This document shows positions 1 to 8,461 of a stretch of DNA of 64,000 nt, piece after piece. Each line of letters starts with the position of its first letter. The stretch's first letter is position 1. The notes under the pieces were generated by a model. The model was not told the DNA's origin. It made no database searches and worked only from the letters and a program-made list of their open reading frames with translations. Origin of the DNA: Dehalococcoidia bacterium. Lineage in GTDB: Bacteria > Chloroflexota > Dehalococcoidia > Plut-88900. The DNA lies in contig CBDBLV010000003.1 of the NCBI GenBank assembly GCA_965207225.1, positions 224,001 to 288,000 on the forward strand, in the 5' to 3' direction. Made by a program: the position numbers and the translations under genes.

Positions 1-474
1 GAGTCGGGGCTGAGTGTGGAAGTGCTGTCGGCGGGAGGAACGCACAACTACGAAATCATGGGTGCCATTCCCGGTATAACCGAAGTTTGCGCCGGCGCAT
101 ATGCCCTCCTGGACAGCCGGTACGCGGCACAGAAGCCGGGCCTGGAGCCCGCGGCACGGGTGATGGTCACGGTTATTGGCCGACCGGAGCCGGGTCTTGC
201 CATCACGGACACGGGTCAGAAGGCGGCAGGCGCGGACTTCGGGCTGGCACACCTGGACGCCGACTTCGATGCCAGCTTGAAGTCGTTAAGCGCAGAGCAC
301 GGGAGCCTGGCCCTTGCCGACGAAGAAGCCAAGCATTTGAGGATGGGCGACCATGTTTGGTACATACCCTCGGACATCGGAACCACTTCCAATCTTTTCG
401 ACTACATGCATGCCGTCAGGGACGGTCGCCTGGAGGCGGTCTGGCAGATCACGGGTCGGGGGCTGTACCGCTAG
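1..474 (+). CDS. D-threonine aldolase/DSD1-family PLP enzyme, C-terminal part (5'-truncated by window)
   Basis: Frame open from base 1; SAGGT...TEVCAGAYALLD, DTGQKA and SAEHG motifs; paralogous to the next gene. Confidence 0.8.
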   Translation, partial: ESGLSVEVLSAGGTHNYEIMGAIPGITEVCAGAYALLDSRYAAQKPGLEPAARVMVTVIGRPEPGLAITDTGQKAAGADFGLAHLDADFDASLKSLSAEHGSLALADEEAKHLRMGDHVWYIPSDIGTTSNLFDYMHAVRDGRLEAVWQITGRGLYR

Positions 475-498
475 CCCTCATTCAAACGGAGGAGTAAC

Positions 499-1599
499 TT
501 GGAAAGCTACAGACCGCCCGTCGGGACATCGGTAGAAGACCTGGATACCCCCTGCCTCCTGGTGGATATGGAGGCGCTGGAGCACAACTACCGGTTCGTC
601 TCGGAAACGTACAAGGACAGCGTTTGCAAGATGCGGGCCCACGTCAAGAACACCAAGAGCCCCATAGTGGCGCACCTGCAGATCCGGGAGGGGGGCACGG
701 TGGGGGGCGTATGCACGGCAAAGGTGGCGGAGGCGGAGGTGATGGTGGAAGGCGGCATAGACGACATCCTGATCCCAAACCAGATTGTTACGGAGGACAA
801 GATCACTCGGCTATGCTCCGTGGCCGAGCGGGCGAAAGTGTCGGTGGCGGTAGACAACGCCGAAAATGTGAAAAATCTATCCCGCATCGCATCTGACAGG
901 GGGGTCAGCATAGGGGTCGTGATAGAGGTGGACACGTCGATGGGGCGGGGCGGGATTCGGGGCAAGGAGCACGGGGTGGAGCTGGCCAAGCTGGCCCACT
1001 CGCTGCCGGGCATCGACTTCAAGGGCGTGATGAGCCACCAGACCCTGGACGGCTCGCCCGACCGTGAGACCAGGTTCATCTGGGGTCGCAAGTACATCCA
1101 GCAGTGCCTCGACGTTAAAGATGCTATCGAGGCCGAGGGGATTCCAGTGGAAGTGGTTTCCTCCGGCGAGACGTTCACCATAGACGTTGCGGCCACGATT
1201 CCCGGGGTTACGGAGGTGGAGGGAGGCACGTACGCCCTGATGTCCCACAACTTCGACTACATGGAAGACCTGCGGTACGCGGCTAAGATACTCTGCACGG
1301 TGGTAAGCACGCCTCGAGAGGGGACGGTGGTGGCGGATGTCGGGACACGGGCGCTGGCCTCACCGGGAGGCGTAATGCCCTTCGTAGAAGATATGCCGCA
1401 CCTACTACCCGATGCCCTGCACGAAGAGCACATCGTGTTCAAGTGCGATGGAGGGCGGATGCCGGAGGTCGGGGACAAGCTGACACTCATCAGCGGGCAG
1501 CAGGACATGCTGACCAACCGATGGGACCAGTACGTGGCGATACGAAACGGGGCCGTGGAAGCCGTGTGGGACATCCCTGCCAGGGGATGCCACAACTAG
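499..1599 (+). CDS. DSD1/D-threonine aldolase-family PLP-dependent enzyme (alanine racemase fold)
   Basis: LDTPCLLVD, RAHVKNTK (PLP Lys region), EVDTSMGRGG, TEVEGGTY; TTG start after GGAGGAG. Confidence 0.85.
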   Translation: MESYRPPVGTSVEDLDTPCLLVDMEALEHNYRFVSETYKDSVCKMRAHVKNTKSPIVAHLQIREGGTVGGVCTAKVAEAEVMVEGGIDDILIPNQIVTEDKITRLCSVAERAKVSVAVDNAENVKNLSRIASDRGVSIGVVIEVDTSMGRGGIRGKEHGVELAKLAHSLPGIDFKGVMSHQTLDGSPDRETRFIWGRKYIQQCLDVKDAIEAEGIPVEVVSSGETFTIDVAATIPGVTEVEGGTYALMSHNFDYMEDLRYAAKILCTVVSTPREGTVVADVGTRALASPGGVMPFVEDMPHLLPDALHEEHIVFKCDGGRMPEVGDKLTLISGQQDMLTNRWDQYVAIRNGAVEAVWDIPARGCHN

Positions 1600-1603
1600 T
1601 CCG

Positions 1604-2503
1604 GTGTGGTTCAAGGGCAACATCCACACCCACACCAACCGCTCCGACGGCGACTCCGACCCGGAAGCGGTGGTCGGATGGTACCAACGCAACGGGTATG
1701 ACTTCCTGGTACTGACCGACCATAACCACGTTACGGTCCTGGAACATGGGGCGAGGGATGCGGAGGGGCCGCTGATGATCCCCGGGGAAGAGGTCTCGGT
1801 GGAACTGGACCGGGGAGAGACCTCCGTTCACCTGGGGGCCATCGGGATCAGGGGGTACGTGGAGCCAGTGGATGCCGTTGAGGTCGTGCCAACCTTGCAG
1901 GCCAACATCGATGCGATACGGGCTGCGGGAGGCATTGTCTCGCTGAACCATCCCAACTACACGTGGGCATACGATGATCGGCACATCGTGCGGGTCTCGG
2001 GGGCAAACCTGCTGGAGATATTCAACGGGAACACGGTAGTCAACAACTACGGAGGCGGGGGTCGGCCAAGCTGCGAAGAGATATGGGACGCAGTCCTGAG
2101 CGCAGGCAGGCCTATCTACGGCGTGGCCGTCGACGACTCGCACCACTTCAAGGGGGACTTCAAACCGAGCCTGGCGAATCCGGGGCGGGGGTGGGTTGCT
2201 GTGGATGCCCCGACGTTGGAGAGGGATTCGGTGGTGGATGCCCTAGAGTCAGGCAACTTTTATTGCTCCACGGGCGTGACGCTGGATGAGCTCCGTATGT
2301 CAGAGGATGGGATAGAGCTGTCCATCTGCCCGGAATGGCACTTCGCATACGACACGGAGTTCGTGACGCGGGGGGGTCGGGTGATGGAACGGGTGAGCGG
2401 GACGCAGGCACATTATGTCATACGCGGCGATGAAGGATACGTGCGGGCGAGGGTGCTATGCTCGGACGGGACGCGGGCCTGGACACAGCCTGTATTTGTT
2501 TAG
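1604..2503 (+). CDS. PHP-domain metallohydrolase (CehA/McbA-like)
   Basis: KGNIHTHT..SDG, LTDHN, NHP, DDSH metal-binding motifs. Confidence 0.85.
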   Translation: MWFKGNIHTHTNRSDGDSDPEAVVGWYQRNGYDFLVLTDHNHVTVLEHGARDAEGPLMIPGEEVSVELDRGETSVHLGAIGIRGYVEPVDAVEVVPTLQANIDAIRAAGGIVSLNHPNYTWAYDDRHIVRVSGANLLEIFNGNTVVNNYGGGGRPSCEEIWDAVLSAGRPIYGVAVDDSHHFKGDFKPSLANPGRGWVAVDAPTLERDSVVDALESGNFYCSTGVTLDELRMSEDGIELSICPEWHFAYDTEFVTRGGRVMERVSGTQAHYVIRGDEGYVRARVLCSDGTRAWTQPVFV

Positions 2504-2541
2504 TTGCAACCCCTCGGGAATCGACTATTTGGGCGCCGAAT

Positions 2542-2571
2542 TTGACACTTCAACTCACCGAGTACCATAAT
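2542..2571 (+). promoter_or_regulatory. Putative sigma70 promoter for the ribA-ribD operon
   Basis: TTGACA (2542-2547), 18-nt spacer, CATAAT (2566-2571). Confidence 0.5.
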
Positions 2572-2744
2572 TGACCTGGAGGCGACGCCCACCTGACTAT
2601 GCGGTCAGGCGCGTAACAGACTATAAACCCGGCGTTCCACGATAACCACGAACATAGAGACCCGATATCCGACCAGTGGGGAATTTCGCCGGACAGTCTA
2701 TATAGCAGCCTCTATATTCCAAGTCACTCAAACCTCAGATAACC

Positions 2745-4091
2745 ATGCACGCCCTGACCATTGAAAGAGAAGTCTCGACCCGGATCCCGACCCCGGTTGC
2801 CGAGTTCCGCCTCTATTACTATTCCAACAACCGGGACGATAAAGAGCACGTTGCCTTTGTCACGGGAGACGTTGCAGGAGGCGAGGACGTGCTGGTCCGC
2901 GTCCACTCCGAGTGTTTTACCGGTGACGTCCTGGGGTCCATGCGCTGCGACTGCGGGAGTCAATTGAACCTGGCCATACAGCGAGTCGCGTCCGAAGGGA
3001 GAGGGGTGGTCCTCTATCTCCGCCAAGAGGGAAGAGGGATAGGACTCCTCGAGAAGCTGAAGGCCTACAACCTGCAGGATGTCGGGTACGACACGGTGGA
3101 TGCAAACATCGCCCTCGGGCACCAGGCCGACCAGCGAGACTACGAGGTGGCAGCTCTCATCTTAAAGGACATCGGTGTGAAGTCGGTGAGGCTGCTGACC
3201 AACAACCCTTCCAAGATAGACGGGCTGAGGAAGTTCGGGATCGACGTGACTTCCAGAGAGGCGCTGCAGCCACGCATCACAATCGAGAACAAGGACTATA
3301 TCGAGACCAAGGCCTCGAAGCTGGGGCACTTGCTTGACCTTTCGACGCTGCCCGGGTTGGTGGGGACCGAGAGCAATGGCACAACACCTGCGCTGCTGAG
3401 GCACGTGAACAGAAACGGCAAGTCGGGGATACCGACCGTGACCCTGTCGTACGCCCAGAGCCTTGATGGCTGCATCGCCATGCACCCCGGCCGGCCCATA
3501 AGGTTGAGTGGAGCGGAGTCGGAGGCAATGACCCACAGCGTCCGGGGGGTCCACGATGCGATCCTGGTGGGTATCGGCACGGTGCTGGCCGATGACCCGG
3601 GGCTGACGGTAAGGCTGGCCAAGGGGGCCCAGCCGCAGCCGGTAATACTCGACAGCAGGCTCCGATTCCCACTAACCGCGCAACTCCTAGGAGCGAACGA
3701 CATAAGACCCTGGATTGCCACAACGGAGCAGGCGTCCCCGGAAAGGAAGAAGGCGCTGGAGGGTGCGGGGGCAAGGGTGATCTGCCTTCCATCGAACAAC
3801 CGGGGATGGGTAGACCTGCCTGCGCTGCTGTCTCGTCTTGGCAAGGAGGCGATGGGAAGCGTAATGGTGGAAGGAGGGGCCCGTGTGATAACCAGTTTCC
3901 TGACTGAGAGGCTGGTCGACCACGTGGTGTTGACGGTTGCGCCAGTAGTGCTGGGCGGGATGCGGGCGGTCAAGCCCATGGAGGGCGCCTACGCTGAATT
4001 CCCAACCCTGGCGAACACGGGCTACAAGCAGGTGGGCAAAGACATGGTCATCTGGGGGGACCCCGTCTGGGGCGGCCCCTCTGGAGAATGA
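2745..4091 (+). CDS. ribA: GTP cyclohydrolase II fused to a RibD-C/Rib7-like pyrimidine reductase
   Basis: VRVHSECFTGDVLGSMRCDCG, QEGRGIGL and LLTNNP motifs; C-terminal YAQSLDG, DAILVGIGTVLADDP and VMVEGGA reductase motifs. Confidence 0.9.
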   Translation: MHALTIEREVSTRIPTPVAEFRLYYYSNNRDDKEHVAFVTGDVAGGEDVLVRVHSECFTGDVLGSMRCDCGSQLNLAIQRVASEGRGVVLYLRQEGRGIGLLEKLKAYNLQDVGYDTVDANIALGHQADQRDYEVAALILKDIGVKSVRLLTNNPSKIDGLRKFGIDVTSREALQPRITIENKDYIETKASKLGHLLDLSTLPGLVGTESNGTTPALLRHVNRNGKSGIPTVTLSYAQSLDGCIAMHPGRPIRLSGAESEAMTHSVRGVHDAILVGIGTVLADDPGLTVRLAKGAQPQPVILDSRLRFPLTAQLLGANDIRPWIATTEQASPERKKALEGAGARVICLPSNNRGWVDLPALLSRLGKEAMGSVMVEGGARVITSFLTERLVDHVVLTVAPVVLGGMRAVKPMEGAYAEFPTLANTGYKQVGKDMVIWGDPVWGGPSGE

Positions 4092-4095
4092 CCCC

Positions 4096-5115
4096 GTGTC
4101 CCATTCGGCCCTAGTCTTTGCGGCCCCTTACCGCGTCGAAGTGGAACGGTCGACGCTCGGGAGGCCGGGGCCGGGTGAGGCGATGGTAAGGACCCTGGTT
4201 TCGGCCATCAGCTCCGGCACCGAGATGCTCCTGTACCGCGGCCAGATGCCGGCAGAACTCGAGCTAGACGAATCTATTGCCGCGCTGGGTGGAGGGGTCC
4301 AGTATCCCGTCAGATACGGATATGCGGCGGTCGGGAGGGTGGAGGAAGTCGGAACAGGGGTGGAGGGAGTAGGGGTGGGGGACCTGGTCTTCTGCTTCCG
4401 ACCTCACGAGAGTGGTTTCGTCTGTCCGGCGTCGGACCTGATTAAAGCCCCCGAACACATGGAGCCGGAGGACGCCGTCTTCCTGCCGACCATGGAGACC
4501 GCAGTAAACCTCGTAATGGACGGCCAGCCGTCCATTGGGGAGCAGGTTGCGGTATTCGGGCAAGGGGTGGTGGGGCTGCTGGTCTCTGCCCTGCTTTCGA
4601 TGACACCGCTGTCCAGCCTGGTTACGGTGGACCAGTACGAGGAGCGGAGGAAAGAGTCTCTTGCATTGGGAGCCACGGCGAGCCTCGGGCCCGACGAGCC
4701 GGGGCTGATGGAGGCGCTAAAGGGGAGTCGGGGGTACCGGGGCGCAGACTTATCTTTCGAGCTGTCGGGGAATCCGGCGGCACTGGACACGGCAGTGAAA
4801 GCAGCCGGATATGGGGGAAGGATAGTGGTCGGGTCCTGGTATGGGACGAAGAGCACTAATCTGGGCCTGGGGGGTCGGTTTCACAGGGACCGGGTGCGGC
4901 TGATAAGCAGCCAGGTGAGTACAATAGCACCCGAGTGGTCGGGGCGGTGGACAAAGGCGCGCAGGTTCGATGTTGCATGGTCAATGGTCAGGAAGCTTAG
5001 GCCGTCCCGGCTTGTGAGCCATGCCTTCAGCCTGGAGGAAGCAGCGTCCGCCTACGAACTGCTGGACCGGGACCCGGGGAGCGCACTGCAGGTCCTTTTC
5101 ACTTACGAAGATTGA
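4096..5115 (+). CDS. Zinc-binding (MDR-family) dehydrogenase
   Basis: SAISSGTE, YPVRYGYAAVG, GQGVVG Rossmann motif. Confidence 0.85.
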   Translation: MSHSALVFAAPYRVEVERSTLGRPGPGEAMVRTLVSAISSGTEMLLYRGQMPAELELDESIAALGGGVQYPVRYGYAAVGRVEEVGTGVEGVGVGDLVFCFRPHESGFVCPASDLIKAPEHMEPEDAVFLPTMETAVNLVMDGQPSIGEQVAVFGQGVVGLLVSALLSMTPLSSLVTVDQYEERRKESLALGATASLGPDEPGLMEALKGSRGYRGADLSFELSGNPAALDTAVKAAGYGGRIVVGSWYGTKSTNLGLGGRFHRDRVRLISSQVSTIAPEWSGRWTKARRFDVAWSMVRKLRPSRLVSHAFSLEEAASAYELLDRDPGSALQVLFTYED

Positions 5116-5137
5116 CGTTGCCGCGGGAGGAAAGCGA

Positions 5138-5515
5138 ATGTACACGGTATCCGTAAAACGTGACTTCATAGGCCAGCACTACCTGGTGGGTGGAGACTGG
5201 GGCCCGGAGAACGAGCTGAACTCCCACCATTACGCTATCGAGGTGATGCTGGAAGGGCCGGAGCTGGACGAGCATGCGTACCTGGTGGACATCGTGGATA
5301 TCACGACCCACCTCGAGGCGCTGGTGGACCGATACAGAGACCGAACCCTTAATGACTTTGAGGAGTTCGAGGGGCTGAACCCGAGCATCGAGCATTTTTC
5401 CCGCATAGCGTGTGAGTCTCTGGCCGGGGCGATAAAGACGAAGGGCCTCTCGGCGGTGACGGTGAAGATGTACGAGGACGCCGACGCGTGGGCGTCCTAC
5501 CGTCTCGAACTCTGA
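5138..5515 (+). CDS. 6-pyruvoyl-tetrahydropterin synthase/QueD-like protein (COG0720, PTPS-IV-like)
   Basis: ATG 5138 after GGGAGG; GQHYL...WGPENELNSHHY, LVDI, LNDFEEF..NPSIEHF. Confidence 0.85.
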   Translation: MYTVSVKRDFIGQHYLVGGDWGPENELNSHHYAIEVMLEGPELDEHAYLVDIVDITTHLEALVDRYRDRTLNDFEEFEGLNPSIEHFSRIACESLAGAIKTKGLSAVTVKMYEDADAWASYRLEL

Positions 5516-6579
5516 TGCGGGTCGGGCTGGTGATATATGGCCCACTTTCTACGATGTCGGGTGGGTTCCTGTACGACCGGAAGATAGTCGAGCATTTGCG
5601 GGAGTCAGGGGACGAGGTGGAGGTGATATCGCTGCCCTGGGACAGCTACCCGCAGCTGCTTACCCATAACTTCTCGAAGCAGTTGCAGAGAAAAATCAAA
5701 GGGCTGGAACTGGACGTCCTCTTACAGGACGAACTGAACCACCCCTCTCTTTTTCGGCTGAACCGGTCCCTGTGGGGGATTCCCAAGGTATCTATCGTTC
5801 ATCACCTGCGGTCCAAGGAGTCGCACCCCGTGTGGGCGATGCCGTTCTACCGCTGGGTAGAGACCCGCTATCTTGAGACGGTTAATGCCTTCATATTCAA
5901 TAGTCGCACAACCCGGCGTGACGTTGCCGAGGCGTTGGGAGGTATGAAGGGTCACGTCATCGCATATCCCGGCGGAGACCGGTTGAAGTCGGACATCACG
6001 CCGCAAGAGATTATGGAACGAGCGTTGAGGTGCGGGCCGCTGAGGTTGCTGTTCATAGGCAACCTGATACCACGAAAGGGGCTTCATACTCTTGTGGATG
6101 CATTAGCAATCTCGGGGCCGGGGTGGCGGCTGGACGTGGTGGGGTCGGATGCCGACCGCGGATATTCATCAAGGATGAAGAAGATGGTCTCGGAAAAAGG
6201 TCTCTCGGAAAGAGTGCGGTTCCACGGCTCACTAGATGACGATGCCTTGAAGGGCCTCCTTGAGCAGAGCCACGTATTGGCTGTTCCGTCATCTTACGAA
6301 GGATTCGGGATTGTGTACATGGAGGGGATGGGTTTCGGCCTGCCTGCTTTGGCCACGACATCGGGGGCGGCATCAGAGACGATAAAGCATGGGGTGAATG
6401 GGTTCCTGATTGCGCCGGATGATGTGTCGGGGCTGGCGCAGCTTGTCATGCAGCTGGTCAGTGACAGATCGCTGTTGGCTGAGTTGGGCCTGACGGCACT
6501 CGCGACATATGAGGATCACCCGACCTGGGAACAGAGCGCAGAAACTGTCCGGCAATTCCTGCTGGAAATGGCCGGCTGA
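5515..6579 (+). CDS. Glycosyltransferase family 4
   Basis: TGATG coupling; SGGFLYD, GNLIPRKG, PSSYEGFGIVYMEGM. Confidence 0.9.
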   Translation: MRVGLVIYGPLSTMSGGFLYDRKIVEHLRESGDEVEVISLPWDSYPQLLTHNFSKQLQRKIKGLELDVLLQDELNHPSLFRLNRSLWGIPKVSIVHHLRSKESHPVWAMPFYRWVETRYLETVNAFIFNSRTTRRDVAEALGGMKGHVIAYPGGDRLKSDITPQEIMERALRCGPLRLLFIGNLIPRKGLHTLVDALAISGPGWRLDVVGSDADRGYSSRMKKMVSEKGLSERVRFHGSLDDDALKGLLEQSHVLAVPSSYEGFGIVYMEGMGFGLPALATTSGAASETIKHGVNGFLIAPDDVSGLAQLVMQLVSDRSLLAELGLTALATYEDHPTWEQSAETVRQFLLEMAG

Positions 6580-6588
6580 GGGCTGATA

Positions 6589-7509
6589 ATGCCTGAACCC
6601 GGGGCGCCCGAATACCATCGATACCTTGCGGCCAAGAAGTCGGTAGACGACAGATCGTTGAACCCACGGGTATGGGACACGCTGGCCGGGGCCCTGCCGC
6701 GGGGACGCACCCTGGATGTACTGGAGCTTGGAGCGGGCATCGGACAGATGGTGCAGAGGGTGATCGAACTAGGGCTGTTGACGGACTGCACTTACACAGC
6801 GGTGGAGCTAGAAGCGGGAAACGTGGAGGAAGCGATGCGGCAGCTGCCGGAGTGGGCCGGGGAGTCGGGGTATAGTGTGGAGGGGGTGGGGAGGCGCGGG
6901 TTACGGGTGAGGGGGGAGGGGATGCGTTTCGACCTGTCCTTTGAGACGGCGAATGCCATCGAATTTCTTAATAGGTCCGAGACCCGTTCGGCGTTTGACC
7001 TCGTGATTGCACAGGCATTCCTTGACCTGGTGGACCTGGACGCGGCCCTGCCTCTAATGGCCGGTTCTCTGAAGAGTCACGGACTGCTATATCTGTGCAT
7101 CAATTTTGACGGTGGGACGATTTTCGACCCGCCAATTGACGAAAAATTGGACAGGCGTATAGAGGACGTCTATCACAGAACGATGGACGAAAGGACTGCA
7201 GGCGAGAAGCGTTCTGGGGACAGCCGGACGGGGCGGCAACTATTCTCCGGGCTGAGGAAGACAGGGGCGCGGGTGCTGGATGCGGGGGCGTCGGACTGGG
7301 TGGTATTCCCAAGGGATGGAGGATACAGCAAGGATGAAGAGAGCTTCCTTCACGCCATCATCGATACGGTGGAGGGGGCGCTCCAGGGCAGAAAAGAGAT
7401 CGATGCCCAGGCCCTTGTCCGGTGGGCCCGAGAGCGACGGGCGCAGGTCGAGTCCCGGGAGCTTGTATACATCGCTCACCAGATAGACATCCTCGCCCAA
7501 ATCCCATGA
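6589..7509 (+). CDS. Class I SAM-dependent methyltransferase
   Basis: VLELGAGIG motif I; YLAAKKSVDDRSLN, GASDWVV. Confidence 0.8.
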   Translation: MPEPGAPEYHRYLAAKKSVDDRSLNPRVWDTLAGALPRGRTLDVLELGAGIGQMVQRVIELGLLTDCTYTAVELEAGNVEEAMRQLPEWAGESGYSVEGVGRRGLRVRGEGMRFDLSFETANAIEFLNRSETRSAFDLVIAQAFLDLVDLDAALPLMAGSLKSHGLLYLCINFDGGTIFDPPIDEKLDRRIEDVYHRTMDERTAGEKRSGDSRTGRQLFSGLRKTGARVLDAGASDWVVFPRDGGYSKDEESFLHAIIDTVEGALQGRKEIDAQALVRWARERRAQVESRELVYIAHQIDILAQIP

Positions 7510-7596
7510 CCTCACGGCTCTCCTCCGCCAAGGGGTAGAATGACCTTGATGCCGGTCATCGATGCATCGCAGCTTTTCCTTTCATAAGGGGTTCCC

Positions 7597-8388
7597 ATAG
7601 ACATTGCTATTGAAATAATCCTCGGGTTGGGGTTGGGATTCGCCGTGGGAGTGACGGGGGTGGGTGGGGCGGCGCTGGCGGTGCCGAGCCTGGTGTTCTT
7701 TCTGGGCTTCTCCACGGTTGAAGCCATCGCCACGACCTTTCCCTTCACGGCCATCGTCAAGTCGGCGGGGTTTGTGCAGCACAGCAGGCAGGGCACATTC
7801 AACTACCGGGTTGGCGGTTCATTGCTCCTGGGAGGGGTGCCGGGCGCGGTGGCGGGTGTAGCCCTCCTGTCGGGGCTTTACGTCGAATACGGGGACTCGC
7901 TGGAGGCATGGGTGAACCTGGCAATCGGGCTACTGGTGCTGATGGGCGCGGGGCTGCTCTTCCTACAGCTGAGGCTCAGACCGCACCACACTGAGAACAG
8001 TGTCGCTTCCCTGAGCCCGAGGAGGTGGGTGGCGGGCTCGGGATTGGGGGCGGGGCTGGGGTTGATAATGGGCGCTACATCCATAGGGGCGGGAACGTTG
8101 ATGACGGCACCCGTGCTTATCCTGTACCGGATCAGCGCGGACAAGGTTGTGGGGACAACTATCGGGGTGTCCCTGGTGCTGATGGTGGTCGGGACTCTGG
8201 GCTATCTGAGCCAGGACCTCGTGGGATGGAGCACGGTGATATTCATGAGCCTCGGGGCTGTACCGGCGGTGATAGTCGGGAGCCGGCTAACCACGCGCAT
8301 CCCTGAAAAGGCCCTGATAGCCGTGCTCACGGCGATGATGCTGACGGCGTCGGTGAGCCTGCTGGTGAAGTCGGGGGTGGGGTTTTGA
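7597..8388 (+). CDS. Sulfite exporter TauE/SafE-family membrane protein
   Basis: GVTGVGGAALAVP and GATSIGAGTL repeats, multiple TM helices; start uncertain (ATA 7597 or TTG 7627). Confidence 0.85.
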   Translation: MDIAIEIILGLGLGFAVGVTGVGGAALAVPSLVFFLGFSTVEAIATTFPFTAIVKSAGFVQHSRQGTFNYRVGGSLLLGGVPGAVAGVALLSGLYVEYGDSLEAWVNLAIGLLVLMGAGLLFLQLRLRPHHTENSVASLSPRRWVAGSGLGAGLGLIMGATSIGAGTLMTAPVLILYRISADKVVGTTIGVSLVLMVVGTLGYLSQDLVGWSTVIFMSLGAVPAVIVGSRLTTRIPEKALIAVLTAMMLTASVSLLVKSGVGF

Positions 8389-8461
8389 GGTGGGAGTCGG
8401 TTGACACCCGAGACCAGGCCCAATATGTTTGCCCCACACCCCGACCAGACAGGAGCTGGCA

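Noticed and set aside
2660-2700. GAAATTCCCCAC similarity to an FMN riboswitch
   Set aside because: On the antisense strand relative to ribA and lacking the other conserved FMN elements.
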